46,271 nt of DNA from Solirubrobacteraceae bacterium (GCA_050696515.1 JBOGYA010000001.1:1-46271); one strand, 5' to 3'; counted from the stretch's first letter, positions 27,744-37,702 are shown. The notes: generated from the letters alone by a model not told the origin. Made by a program: numbers and translations.

Positions 27744-28877
27744 ATGAGCGAGCGTGTCGTCGTGCTCGGGGCGGGATTTGGCGGGTTGGAGCTCGCAACG
27801 ATGCTCTCGCAGGAGCTCAGCGGCGACATCGACGTGACGCTGATCGACAAGAACGACGCGTTCGTGTTCGGGTTCTCAAAGCTCGACGTAATGTTCGGCC
27901 GCGCCGCGCCGGACGCTGTTCGGTTGGCCTATAGCGAGATCGCGCAGCCCGGCGTGCGCGTGCTGCGGGAGACGATCACGGCGATCGACCCCGAGGCCCG
28001 GCGTGTGACTACAGACGCCGGGGTGCACGAGGCCGACGTCCTCGTCATCGCGCTCGGCGCCGACTATGACATGGACGCCACGCCCGGTCTCGCCGAGGGC
28101 GGCAACGAGTTCTACTCCGTGGCCGGCGCCGCGCGGCTGGCTGGGATCATCCCGGCGTTTTCGCAAGGGCATGTCGTCATCGGCGTGTGCGGCGCACCGT
28201 TCAAGTGCCCTCCGGCACCGAGCGAGTGCGCATTGCTCCTGGATGACGAGCTGACCGCGCGTGGGGTGCGCGACGCTTGTCAGATCTCGTTCGTGATTCC
28301 GTTGGGCACGCCCGTGCCGCCCTCGCCGGAGACCTCCGCTGCCTTGATCGAGGAGTTCGCCGCGCGCGATATCACGCTGCTTGCCGGCCGCCGTGTCAGC
28401 GCGCTCGATCCGGGGCGCAGCGTCGCGATCCTCGACGACGGCAGCGAGCTGGCGTTCGACCTGTTCCTCGGCGTGCCCAAGCACCGCGCCCCCGACGTGG
28501 TCATCTCCAGCGGCATGACCGAGGACGGCTATGTGCCTGTGGACTCGGCCACCCTCCAGACGCGCTTCCCCGGCGTGTACGCAGTCGGCGACGTCGCCAC
28601 GGCGGGCGTGCCGAAGGCCGGCGTGTTCGCCGAGGGCGCTGCGCGTATCGTGGCGCAGACGGTGATCGCCAGATTGCGGGGCGGTGAGCCCCCGGGCCCT
28701 CACCTCGGGCGTGGCACGTGCTACATCGAGTTCGGTGCGGGGCGCGTCGGCAGTGTGGACATCGACTTCCTCTCGGGCCCCTCGCGAACCGGGACTTTCA
28801 ACGCGCCGTCCGCGGCCCTGGTCGCCGAGAAGGAGCGCTTCGGCTCCAGCCGCCGCACCCGCTGGTTCGGCATCTGA
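27744..28877 (+). CDS. FAD-dependent oxidoreductase, sulfide:quinone oxidoreductase-like
   Basis: VVVLGAGFGG, LVIALGA, FKCPPAPSE, VYAVGD, PKAGVFA, CYIEFG. Confidence 0.85.
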   Translation: MSERVVVLGAGFGGLELATMLSQELSGDIDVTLIDKNDAFVFGFSKLDVMFGRAAPDAVRLAYSEIAQPGVRVLRETITAIDPEARRVTTDAGVHEADVLVIALGADYDMDATPGLAEGGNEFYSVAGAARLAGIIPAFSQGHVVIGVCGAPFKCPPAPSECALLLDDELTARGVRDACQISFVIPLGTPVPPSPETSAALIEEFAARDITLLAGRRVSALDPGRSVAILDDGSELAFDLFLGVPKHRAPDVVISSGMTEDGYVPVDSATLQTRFPGVYAVGDVATAGVPKAGVFAEGAARIVAQTVIARLRGGEPPGPHLGRGTCYIEFGAGRVGSVDIDFLSGPSRTGTFNAPSAALVAEKERFGSSRRTRWFGI

Positions 28878-28975
28878 CCGAACCGCGCCACGGGCCATCT
28901 TGGAGACGAGCGGTCGTGGCGGAGCTTCTGCGCGCGAGGATCTCATCGAGACGCCGCGGTAGGCTGGTCGGAATC

Positions 28976-29740
28976 ATGCGAACAACGACGACCGACAACG
29001 TGCTCGTGACGATCCCGATCAGTCACTACTGCGAGAAGGCGCGGTGGGCACTCGAGCGCGTCGGCGTGGCGTATCGGGAACGCCCTCACATCCAGGCGAT
29101 CCACCGCGCTGCGACGCTACGCGCCGGCGGTGGCCTCACCGCGCCCGTGCTCGTGTGCGCCGCGGGCGTCTTGGCCGATTCTGGGGACATCCTCGCCTGG
29201 GCCGACACGCAGGCCCCGCCAGGCCGCGCGCTGTACCCGGAGCACCCCGATCGGGCTGCCGAGGTGCGTCTGCTCGAGGTCGACTTCAACGCACAGCTGG
29301 GTCCGCACTCACGGTGCTGGATGTACCAGCAGTTGCGCAAGCGCCGCGATCTCGCGCTCGCTTACGGCTGCGCCGACGTTCCCGCTTGGGAGCTAGCGAC
29401 CCTACGGCTCGGCTACCCCGTGGTGATAGCGATCGTGGCGCGTGTCCTCGACGTCACACCGGCCACGGCCGTCAAATCCGAGGCTGAGGTACGAGCCACG
29501 TTCGATGCGATCGGCAAGCGCCTGGCTGACGGCCGGCGCTACCTGTGCGGCGATGAGTTCACCGCCGCCGACCTTACGTTCTCGGCATTGGCCGCGCCCA
29601 TGCTGATGCCAGCCGGCTACGGCGTGCCGCTGCCGCAGCCCGAGGAGCTGCCCGCCTACGCCGCCGAGGTCGTACGCGAATTGCGCGCCCACCCTGCCGG
29701 CGTCCACGCACTTGCGATGTTCGACACCGAGCGGCGCTGA
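28976..29740 (+). CDS. Glutathione S-transferase family protein
   Basis: TIPISHYCEKARWAL, TAPVL, DSGDIL, YLCGDEFTAADLTF. Confidence 0.9.
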   Translation: MRTTTTDNVLVTIPISHYCEKARWALERVGVAYRERPHIQAIHRAATLRAGGGLTAPVLVCAAGVLADSGDILAWADTQAPPGRALYPEHPDRAAEVRLLEVDFNAQLGPHSRCWMYQQLRKRRDLALAYGCADVPAWELATLRLGYPVVIAIVARVLDVTPATAVKSEAEVRATFDAIGKRLADGRRYLCGDEFTAADLTFSALAAPMLMPAGYGVPLPQPEELPAYAAEVVRELRAHPAGVHALAMFDTERR

Positions 29741-29808
29741 CGCGGTGGACGGCGTCCCAGCTGGCCGCAAGCGAAAATCGCCAGAGCTTAGGACCATCGA
29801 GATAGACC

Positions 29809-30570
29809 TCAGGCGAGGAAATCCACGATGGACTGTGTGAAGCGAGGGTCGGCGATCGCGCCGATGTGATCGCCCGAGAGGATCTGCAGTGTCGCTCCTG
29901 GGATCGCCTCGCTTAGGACCTCGGGTCGGATCGCGAGCGGGTCGGACTCTCCCGCCAGGACGAGCGCTTGCGCTGAGATGCGATCCAGTGCGATGTCGCC
30001 CCTGTAGATCGACGAAGCCTGCGCGGCCAGCGCCTTGCGGTCGGCACCCAGAGCGTCAGCCAGCATACGGAAGGCCGCCGCCTCCGGCCTTTCGATCGTC
30101 GCGGGATCCTCGACGAGTAGCGCGTCGATGATCGCGTCGTTGGGAACCGCGCGCCTGTCGACTCCCCCACACTCGATCACACCCGAGCCGACGCCGCCCA
30201 CGACGAGCCGGCGCACCCGCTGATCCTCGCTCGCGAAGATCAGCGAGACGACTGCCCCCATCGAGTAGCCCACGAGGTCGATCTGCGACTCGCCGGACAC
30301 CTCGAGCAGGACCGCCAGGTCGCGCGCCATCCGCTGCTCGCCATAGCAAGCCGGGTCATGGGGCTTCTCGGAGGAGCCGTGGCCTCTGGCGTCGGGGGCG
30401 ATCACCCTGCGCCCGGCGGCGAGCAGCGCGTCGAGGACGCCAGTGGCGACCCAGTTGGCGTTGGCGTCGGCGACGAAGCCGTGGTGGAGCACGACCGTCG
30501 GCAAGGCTGTCCGCTCGCCCCATTCCTGGTAGGCGATCTCGACCTGATCCCAGCTCTTGAAGCTCCTCAT
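29809..30570 (-). CDS. Alpha/beta fold hydrolase (upstream in-frame ATG at 30756 lies beyond the MITE)
   Basis: VVLHHGF, PDARGHGSS, GYSMG, GESD, GDH. Confidence 0.9.
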   Translation of the reverse strand: MRSFKSWDQVEIAYQEWGERTALPTVVLHHGFVADANANWVATGVLDALLAAGRRVIAPDARGHGSSEKPHDPACYGEQRMARDLAVLLEVSGESQIDLVGYSMGAVVSLIFASEDQRVRRLVVGGVGSGVIECGGVDRRAVPNDAIIDALLVEDPATIERPEAAAFRMLADALGADRKALAAQASSIYRGDIALDRISAQALVLAGESDPLAIRPEVLSEAIPGATLQILSGDHIGAIADPRFTQSIVDFLA

Positions 30571-30572
30571 AA

Positions 30573-30737
30573 GAACGTCTTTCAAAATAGACGGTGCGTC
30601 CGGGACGTTCCTGGACCAAGCTGGGCGACGCGGGCCGGTGCAGCCCGTGCTGGTAGCACGGGCTAGACGGACCGTGGCGATCCAGCGCCGCGTCCCAGGG
30701 ACGTATCCGGGCGTGCCGGTCTTTTTGAAAGCCGTTC
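30573..30737. mobile_element. 165-bp MITE with 15-bp TIRs and TAA target duplication
   Basis: TAA (30570-30572) GAACGTCTTTCAAAA ... TTTTGAAAGCCGTTC TAA (30738-30740), 14/15 TIR match; central hairpin AGCCCGTGCT-GGT-AGCACGGGCT at 30642-30664. Confidence 0.8.
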
Positions 30738-30949
30738 TAAGAGGCGATGATGCCATGACGGCGCGTGCGACCAGCGCCTAACCACAAACATCCCTCTACC
30801 CGGACATGCCTTCTAGAGATAGTTTCCGACTAAAAAAATACTCCTGCCTTGCGCTGAAGCCCGAGGATCTATACTATCCCGCCTTCGGGCACACCTCGTC
30901 GGCGAACGCCGCGCGAGCAAAGGCTCACTGGGCTACAGAAATATTGAAC

Positions 30950-31726
30950 ATGCTGCCGTCGGGGACGAACGAGCTGAGCAGAGAGAGAGCCTTGAGCTCG
31001 GAGGCCGTTGCGTACACGCCGCCGCCCGCTGCGCGCGCTGCGAGCGTACCCGTCGAGTGGGATGGCTGGTCGCCCTCCAGATCGCCGCTCGTTCGCTCCA
31101 GCCCAGCCGTCACGCTTGCGCTGATCGGCGGGCAACGTCTGCTGCGGGAAGCCACCGCAACCCTGCTGACAGCGCAAGACGGACTCAACGTGCTGGGAAC
31201 GTTCGAGTCCGCCGCTCAGTTCCTGGACGCCGACTGGGAGGGCTCGCCGGCGGTCTTGATGCTCGACTGCGACGGGGTCGATCCCGGTGGCTGCCAGAGC
31301 GCCGTCGAGCTGCTGAGCTCGTCGCGAATGCAGTCCAGGATCGTGATGCTCTGCCGAGAGATCCGCGAGGAGGTGATTCGCTGCGCGATCGAGCACCGGG
31401 TGAGCGGCGTCCTCCTCAAGAGCTACTCGACTGAGGACATCCGGGCCGCGATCGCGTACACGGCCACCGGGCGCACCGTGCTGCCAGCCGGCTGGCAGCA
31501 GGTGGTTGCCTCGCATCCCGCTCGGCCGCAGGGGTTGAGCCCACGTCATCGTCAGATACTCGCCCTCATCGCCCGGGGCCGGAGCAACGAGGAGATCGCC
31601 AGGGATCTCAACCTCAGCCCAAACACGATCAAGTTCCACATCCGCGCCCTGTATTCGAGGATGGGGGTGCGCAATCGGGTCGAGGCCGCCAACCAGTATG
31701 CCCAGATGACCAGTGGCGGCGATTGA
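30950..31726 (+). CDS. NarL/LuxR-type response regulator 1, atypical receiver
   Basis: LSPRHRQILALIARGRSNEEIARDLNLSPNTIKFHIRALYSRMGVRNRVEA; receiver-like N-terminus with IGGQ in place of the acidic pair; start uncertain. Confidence 0.85.
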   Translation: MLPSGTNELSRERALSSEAVAYTPPPAARAASVPVEWDGWSPSRSPLVRSSPAVTLALIGGQRLLREATATLLTAQDGLNVLGTFESAAQFLDADWEGSPAVLMLDCDGVDPGGCQSAVELLSSSRMQSRIVMLCREIREEVIRCAIEHRVSGVLLKSYSTEDIRAAIAYTATGRTVLPAGWQQVVASHPARPQGLSPRHRQILALIARGRSNEEIARDLNLSPNTIKFHIRALYSRMGVRNRVEAANQYAQMTSGGD

Positions 31727-32408
31727 GCCCAGGATCGCGATCGTCGGTGGCAGCGGCGCGCTTGCCACCGAGGCGCTCGCGTGGATGCTCACGAAAAGCG
31801 GCAACCGTGTGGTGGGCTCCTACTCGAGCTCACAAGAGCTCGAGACCTTGTCGCGCGCAGACAGGCTGAACCTGCAAGCCGCGATCGTCTACACCGACGA
31901 CCCAGAGGCCGGCCCGGAGGCGGTGGCCGAGCTCAAGCGCGCGCACCCGGAGTTAAAGATCGTGCTGCTCTGCGAGGTCGCCACCCCAGCCGTGGTCCGC
32001 TGTGCGATCGCCGAGCAGGCGGAGGGGGTCGTGCTCACGTCCGACACCGTCGAGGAGATGATCCTCGCCCTCCGCCATGTGCTCGAGGGCCGCGCGGTGA
32101 TGCCCGCCGGTTGGCAGGCCGCGTCGCTCCACGAGGATGTCCCGCTCGCCGCGTTGAGCGCACGCGAGCGTGGGGTCCTCGATCTCCTCGCTCGCGGGAT
32201 GAGCAATAAGGAGATCGCCGCCCAGCTGACGATCTCCGCCAACACCGTCAAGTTTCATCTGCGCACGATCTACGCCAAGCTGGGCGTGCGCAACCGTGTG
32301 CAGGCGATGCAGACGATCGACCGGCGGCAGGAAGAGCGACCAGACTGCTCGAATACGTCCACCAGCGACGAGCTCGCAACCGAGTCGGATCGACTCACCG
32401 CAGGCTGA
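31713..32408 (+). CDS. NarL/LuxR-type response regulator 2, atypical receiver
   Basis: LSARERGVLDLLARGMSNKEIAAQLTISANTVKFHLRTIYAKLGVRNRVQA; overlaps the end of regulator 1. Confidence 0.88.
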   Translation: MAAIEPRIAIVGGSGALATEALAWMLTKSGNRVVGSYSSSQELETLSRADRLNLQAAIVYTDDPEAGPEAVAELKRAHPELKIVLLCEVATPAVVRCAIAEQAEGVVLTSDTVEEMILALRHVLEGRAVMPAGWQAASLHEDVPLAALSARERGVLDLLARGMSNKEIAAQLTISANTVKFHLRTIYAKLGVRNRVQAMQTIDRRQEERPDCSNTSTSDELATESDRLTAG

Positions 32409-32682
32409 TCGCCTCCGCCCGGCCGTATGTTTTCCGCCCCAGTACTAGGGATCCCGCCAGGGACGTCGCTTGGGGTGGTGGCCTACCTACCCGTTTGCCA
32501 GGGGTTAAAGACTACCCCACCTGAGGATTGTGGAGGGCTGGCAAGGGTCATAGGATGCGCGCCGCGACTATGCCCGTAATCGGCCAGTCGTAAACGTCTG
32601 TCGTGTGATCGGAGGGCGCTCATGTCCTTCCGGTCGGAAGGCACTCAGTCCACTCTCTCATCAAGGAGGAGGCCGCACACAA

Positions 32683-35280
32683 ATGCGACCACAAGTCAAA
32701 AGGAAAATGATCGCGGGACTCGTTTCCGCGGCAGGAGCGGCGGTGCTGGCCCTCGGCACGCTCACGGCAGGCGCCGTTGCCGCTCCGAACCCGGGGCCCT
32801 CAGCCGACGGCCCGCAGAGCGCCAACATCCCGTATGTAGCGTGGGTGGGTGAGCACGTGCGCCTCGTGATGTGCGACCCGTCCGTCAACACCAGCACAGC
32901 GGGCGGTCAGTCCGCCAATTTCCAGCTGGAGGACTGGTCCGGCCGGGCCGAAACGGCCGAGCTCCCAGCGCCCGATCCCGGGTCCTCGGCGTTCTTCGCT
33001 CCGAGCGTGGGCAGCAGCCAGGAAAGCATCGGCGCTGGATGCGTGAAGATCGACTACAAGTCGCTGAATCCCGGTCTGGCCCGGATCAGGGGGGTCGTCA
33101 CGAATGCAGCGGGAACAATCGTGTTCTCGCACCAGTTCCTGGTGATCTGGCTGACGACCAACAAGCCGACGCTCTCAGAGGTCGCCGCCGAAAGCGGTGT
33201 GCCCTTTGTGCCCTCGAGCTACCTGGGCGACCCCTCGGGCAACGGTGAACTCATACCGTCGCCGCTCTCGGAACCCAATGCCAACACGGACAAAGGGCTT
33301 GTTCAGGTCAAGGTGACAGGCAGCTTCCCGGTCGAAGCAGGCTCGGCGCTGCACAACATCCTCCCCGAATCGAACTACACCCTCCCCGAAAGCTGGGAAA
33401 CGCTGGCCAAAACGCTGGCGACCGCTTCCGAAGAACTGGAACCGCAGGGCACCGACCCGAGCCTGTGGGACATTCACGGGACCCCAAGCGAAGGTACGAC
33501 GCCGAACGCATCCGGACCCAATCCGCTGAGCGCGGACTTCTTCCGGCCGGCGTTTGACGACTACACCTCGGGCGAAACTGCGACCGTCGGGCCGTTCGAT
33601 CCGGAGGCCGCCAACGAAACGCTCCTCAGCGATGGCAGGCTCAACGCTGACGACGCGCCGATGCCCGCGATTCGCGTCGACGTGCACCTCGCGCCGAACG
33701 AAGGCGGATCGAGCCTGGGTGGTGTGGGCGATATCTCGGGTGCAAGCAAGGCCCTGATCTACAGCCATGAATTCAATGGCGACGCCTCCTCACCAGGCAA
33801 CCTGTACAACCCGTATTACGGCGCGTACATCCCAGCCACCGATCGTCCTGAGCCCCAGGCGTCGGGGATCGACGGGTCGAGCCCCGGTGGGGACTTCCCG
33901 GCGTTCCTGAACAAACACCCCGAACCGTATACGTTCTGGACGTCGGTTCACACCAGCGGAGAACGCTTCGCGGAATCGACGGGCTGCCTGCAGCGCACCA
34001 ATGGCGAGGACTCGATCTACTACCAGACTCCGAGTGGCTCGTTGAATGAAACGTTCTACACGGACGAGCGCGGCGAAGTGCTCGTGGCGTACTCGCCGGG
34101 CGACGGCTTCTACCTGAACCACCTCCCCGTGCTTGAAAAAGCCGGAGAAGAAGAAGCCGGCAAGATCGTCAAGAACGCCGACGGTGGCTGTGACCTGAAG
34201 AACCTGTACAAAGAAGTCATCGGCGAATCGTCGATCTCCGCCACGGTCGTGTACCCGTACCAGTCGGTCGACTACGGCTCGCAGAACTCGGAAGCGCCGG
34301 TGGTCAAGAAAGTAAGGTCGCTTTGGGAAAAGGAATTCTTCACGTTCCCGAAGGGCCCCGGTCCAAACGAACAGAACGTGCGGATCGTCGTCGCCAAGGC
34401 TCAGGACATCGATGGGCGGCCGATCGTCGACGAGACGGTCTGCTTCCATGCACAGCAGGAAGCCGGGCTCTACACGTTCAGCAACCCCACCAACGGCAAC
34501 AGGCTGGCCGATCCGGAAGGGCTGCTGGGCAAGGGCTCGGAAGTCGACCTGAGCGGAAGCTACGTGAGGGACCCGCAGGACGAAGGCAGCAGTCGCCTGT
34601 GCGAGACCACCAACGATCTGGGCCTGGCCGGGATCGACGTGGTCAACAGCACGTCCTCGTCGGTGGACCTGACCGCCCGCTACGAAAACGAGCAGATCGT
34701 CCGCGATCACCTCGTCGACTTCTCGACGAACATCGGGGCGAAGGAAAAGACAGCAGCAGAAGAAAAAGCCGCCGCCGAAAAGAAAGCAGCGGAAGAAAAA
34801 GCGGCTGCTGAAAAGAAAGAAGCGGAAAAGAAGCAGGGCGAAAAAGAAGTCAAAGCCGAAGAAGAAAAGAACGCGAAGGAAAAGGCTGCTGAAGAACGGC
34901 AGGCCAAAAAGGAAGCAGAAGCCGAAAAACGGCAGAGCGAAAAAGAACTGGCCAAAGAAGAAGCGGAAAAGAAGACCGCTGAAGAAATCAAGGCCAGCAA
35001 CGAAAAGCGCGAAGCAGCAGAAGCCGCTGAAAAAGAAAGGCGCGAAAAAGAAATAGCGGCTGAAAACGAAAGGCGCGAAAAGGAAGTAGCGAAACACAAA
35101 GAAGAAGTGGAAGCACTGGCCAAGCTGGCGCCCACCAGCACACCACTGGTGACCCCGCTCCCCGGAGCGCTCCCCAGCCCGCCCAAGGTCACCAGCCAGA
35201 CCAAGAAGGCGCACGTGGCCGCCAAGAAAGGCAAGAAGAAAAAGAAGGGCAAGAAGAGCAGCAAGAAGAGCAAGAAGTAG
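32683..35280 (+). CDS. Large secreted protein with Lys/Glu/Ala coiled-coil, Pro/Thr linker and poly-Lys tail
   Basis: RBS AAGGAGGAGG, Sec-type signal ending AGAVA, about 650-aa acidic body, (AAAEKK/AAEEK)-type repeats at about 34740-35115, ends KKGKKKKKGKKSSKKSKK. Confidence 0.88.
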   Translation: MRPQVKRKMIAGLVSAAGAAVLALGTLTAGAVAAPNPGPSADGPQSANIPYVAWVGEHVRLVMCDPSVNTSTAGGQSANFQLEDWSGRAETAELPAPDPGSSAFFAPSVGSSQESIGAGCVKIDYKSLNPGLARIRGVVTNAAGTIVFSHQFLVIWLTTNKPTLSEVAAESGVPFVPSSYLGDPSGNGELIPSPLSEPNANTDKGLVQVKVTGSFPVEAGSALHNILPESNYTLPESWETLAKTLATASEELEPQGTDPSLWDIHGTPSEGTTPNASGPNPLSADFFRPAFDDYTSGETATVGPFDPEAANETLLSDGRLNADDAPMPAIRVDVHLAPNEGGSSLGGVGDISGASKALIYSHEFNGDASSPGNLYNPYYGAYIPATDRPEPQASGIDGSSPGGDFPAFLNKHPEPYTFWTSVHTSGERFAESTGCLQRTNGEDSIYYQTPSGSLNETFYTDERGEVLVAYSPGDGFYLNHLPVLEKAGEEEAGKIVKNADGGCDLKNLYKEVIGESSISATVVYPYQSVDYGSQNSEAPVVKKVRSLWEKEFFTFPKGPGPNEQNVRIVVAKAQDIDGRPIVDETVCFHAQQEAGLYTFSNPTNGNRLADPEGLLGKGSEVDLSGSYVRDPQDEGSSRLCETTNDLGLAGIDVVNSTSSSVDLTARYENEQIVRDHLVDFSTNIGAKEKTAAEEKAAAEKKAAEEKAAAEKKEAEKKQGEKEVKAEEEKNAKEKAAEERQAKKEAEAEKRQSEKELAKEEAEKKTAEEIKASNEKREAAEAAEKERREKEIAAENERREKEVAKHKEEVEALAKLAPTSTPLVTPLPGALPSPPKVTSQTKKAHVAAKKGKKKKKGKKSSKKSKK

Positions 35281-35303
35281 GAAACAGAGCGACAGTGAGT
35301 AAG

Positions 35304-35337
35304 CCGAGGGCCCGCCTAGTGCGGGCCCTCGGTGTTT
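35304..35337. terminator. Hairpin terminator between convergent genes
   Basis: CCGAGGGCCCGC-CTAGT-GCGGGCCCTCGG followed by TGTTT. Confidence 0.8.
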
Positions 35338-35342
35338 AAGGC

Positions 35343-36545
35343 TCAGGCGCCGGACGGAGGCTCGGGCGCCGGACGGCCTCTGGTCGGAGTTCCGGTGTGC
35401 GGCAGTCTGCGCGGCGGCGCGGGCGGCTGCGCGACTGCCTGGCGCACTCTCCCATTGAGAGCGTGCTGCAGGTTGGTGCGCGTCTGACGGCGATGAGGCT
35501 CCGGCAGCGACTCGATCGCGAGCAGCCGCTTGCAGGCGAGGATCGAGGCGCCCAGCTCCCCACACCAGTACGCGGTGATCGAGTACTCGAACAGCATTCC
35601 CCACTCATAGATCCACGGTGCCACGAACAGGATGTCGTCGGGCACCGGCAGCGGGCGCAGGCTCGCCAGCCGTGTGAACTGGTGGGCGGCGCGATGCAGG
35701 CCGCGCTCGCGCAGACCGACCGCCAGATCGTGCACCGCCTCTAGGCGCACAGGGCGCAGCTCCCAGGCTGCGAGGAACGCATCGACGGCCCTGGGCCAGT
35801 CGCCCAACCGGGCACTGAGGACGCCGACCTGGTAGCGGGCGAAGTATCTCTCCTGCGCCCACCCGTCCATCTCCGCGCGGCGCAGGTAGTGGTCGAGCGC
35901 CAGTTTCAGCTTGGCGTGGTCGTCGCTCTCTTCTCCGATGTCGCGATAGGTTTGCGCCAGGTAGAAGACGGCGCGAGCATCGGCCGGGTTCCGCTCGACT
36001 TCCGCCTCCAGCAGCTCGGCGTCGCGTTGCCAGCGACCGGTACGCGACCCGCCCACCGAGCACACATGGATCACCAATCCCTCCAACCGCTCGCAGGTGC
36101 GCTCCGCGTCGCAGGCGATGTACTCGTGCGTCGCTCCGATGTAGCGCCACTCCAGGCGACCGCTGACCAGCCGCTTGTTGTGAAACTCGACCGCCCCCGC
36201 ATGGCGGATCAGATAGGAGTCCGCCCCCAGGCCCTCGAGCGCGGAAAGCTTGACCTCGACCGTCCAGTCGGCGTCGAGGAGCAGGAGATAATCACCCTTG
36301 CCGCGGGCCAGCCGCATCAGCTCGCTGCGGTTATGGCCGAAGTCCACCCAACTATGCTCGTGAAGCTCGCCGGGAATACCCGTGAGCTCTCGGCGAATCA
36401 GATCCTGCGTGCCGTCGGTGGACCCGGTGTCGCAGATCACCCAGTGGTCGATCAGCTCACGGCACGAGTCCAAGCAGCGCTTCAGGACGCCAACCTCGTC
36501 CCTGACGATCATGCACAGGCAGATTGACGGACGGCCGGCGATCAT
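35343..36545 (-). CDS. Glycosyltransferase family 2 with TPR-like C-terminus
   Basis: ICLCMIVRDE..LKRCLDS, ICDTGSTDGT, DFGHNR, LLLDAD, GATHEY, DARAVFYLAQTY. Confidence 0.92.
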   Translation of the reverse strand: MIAGRPSICLCMIVRDEVGVLKRCLDSCRELIDHWVICDTGSTDGTQDLIRRELTGIPGELHEHSWVDFGHNRSELMRLARGKGDYLLLLDADWTVEVKLSALEGLGADSYLIRHAGAVEFHNKRLVSGRLEWRYIGATHEYIACDAERTCERLEGLVIHVCSVGGSRTGRWQRDAELLEAEVERNPADARAVFYLAQTYRDIGEESDDHAKLKLALDHYLRRAEMDGWAQERYFARYQVGVLSARLGDWPRAVDAFLAAWELRPVRLEAVHDLAVGLRERGLHRAAHQFTRLASLRPLPVPDDILFVAPWIYEWGMLFEYSITAYWCGELGASILACKRLLAIESLPEPHRRQTRTNLQHALNGRVRQAVAQPPAPPRRLPHTGTPTRGRPAPEPPSGA

Positions 36546-36676
36546 ATGTACCATGTATACTAACTTGGCTTTTGTTCGACAATGGGGTGGCAACCCTGTT
36601 TGAGGGAGCCCGTTCTGGCCTCCAGTCGAGCGCTTGAAGAAACACAGCCGGTGGAGCAGAACCGCCAGGGACTTAT

Positions 36677-37702
36677 ATGTATATGCACCGAGTGCGTCGA
36701 CGGAGTCTCAGAGCGGGTCGCAGCCTGTTCAACGGCGGCCTGCTCGGTGTGCTCGCGTTGGGAACGACCACTGCCCCTGCAGACGCCGCCAAGGCTCGAT
36801 CCGCGGGCCAGCCGAAGGCGAAGGTAAAGGGCCATCACAGCGTCACTTTGCGCGGCCCGACTGGCCCTCCCGGCCCGGCTGGTCCTCCCGGTGCGATCGG
36901 CGCAGGTGGGCTGAACGGGCTGAACGGGTTGACCGGTGAAACGGGTGCCGCCGGCGCAACCGGGGCCAGGGGTGTGGCCGGTGAAACCGGTCCAGCCGGT
37001 GCGACTGGCGCAAAGGGCCCAGCCGGGGCGACCGGTGCAACCGGCGCGCGGGGCGCAACTGGGGCGACCGGTCCCGGCGGTGGTGCGACTGGCGCAACCG
37101 GGGCGACCGGCGAACCAGGGATCGTCGGAGCGACTGGCGAACCTGGAATCGTGGGAGCCACAGGTACGACTGGCGCGACCGGTGCTGCTGGTGCGACCGG
37201 CGCAAGCGGCGCTACCGGCCCAAGTGGTGCGACCGGCCCAGGTGGCGCTACCGGCGCATCCGGTGTAACCGGTACCACTGGGCCAACCGGTGCGACCGGC
37301 GAACCCGGCTCGACTGGCGCTACCGGTGCTACAGGCACAAACGGCGTGACTGGCGAAGCCGGTCCAACCGGCGCCACTGGGGCGACCGGCGCCACTGGTG
37401 CGACTGGCGCGAACGGTATTGGCCTGACGGAGGTGGAGACCGTGACATCCGGTGGGACCGGGACCGCCCTGGTGGGTAACCTCATCGTAAAACTTAACGG
37501 CACGGGCGAATACGAATTGTCCGATGAAGCAGGGGAAGCGGTGCTGACAGGATGCGCCGTCGTGGTAACGGTCAACACAACCGAAGTCGAGAGCACGGCG
37601 CAGGCCGCGGCGACCGGTGAACACAAGATCACCGTGATGACCTACGACCTCGGCGCCGGCCTCGCCGACAACTCGTTCTCGCTGATGGTCACCTGCCCGT
37701 AG
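36677..37702 (+). CDS. Secreted collagen-like protein (Gly-X-Thr rich) with C-terminal globular domain
   Basis: Signal-like N-terminus; roughly 60 Gly-X-Y triplets (about 36854-37420) dominated by GAT, one interruption (GPGGGAT); about 90-aa C-domain ending FSLMVTCP. Confidence 0.9.
   Translation: MYMHRVRRRSLRAGRSLFNGGLLGVLALGTTTAPADAAKARSAGQPKAKVKGHHSVTLRGPTGPPGPAGPPGAIGAGGLNGLNGLTGETGAAGATGARGVAGETGPAGATGAKGPAGATGATGARGATGATGPGGGATGATGATGEPGIVGATGEPGIVGATGTTGATGAAGATGASGATGPSGATGPGGATGASGVTGTTGPTGATGEPGSTGATGATGTNGVTGEAGPTGATGATGATGATGANGIGLTEVETVTSGGTGTALVGNLIVKLNGTGEYELSDEAGEAVLTGCAVVVTVNTTEVESTAQAAATGEHKITVMTYDLGAGLADNSFSLMVTCP

Noticed and set aside
32530..32682. Riboswitch in the leader of the large secreted protein
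   Set aside because: Only short hairpins (e.g. CCTTCCG-GT-CGGAAGG); no aptamer consensus that I recognise. An Rfam scan would be needed.
34740..35115. TolA or IgA-protease-type identity for the K/E-rich tract
   Set aside because: Compositional similarity only; no tol genes or N-terminal anchor.
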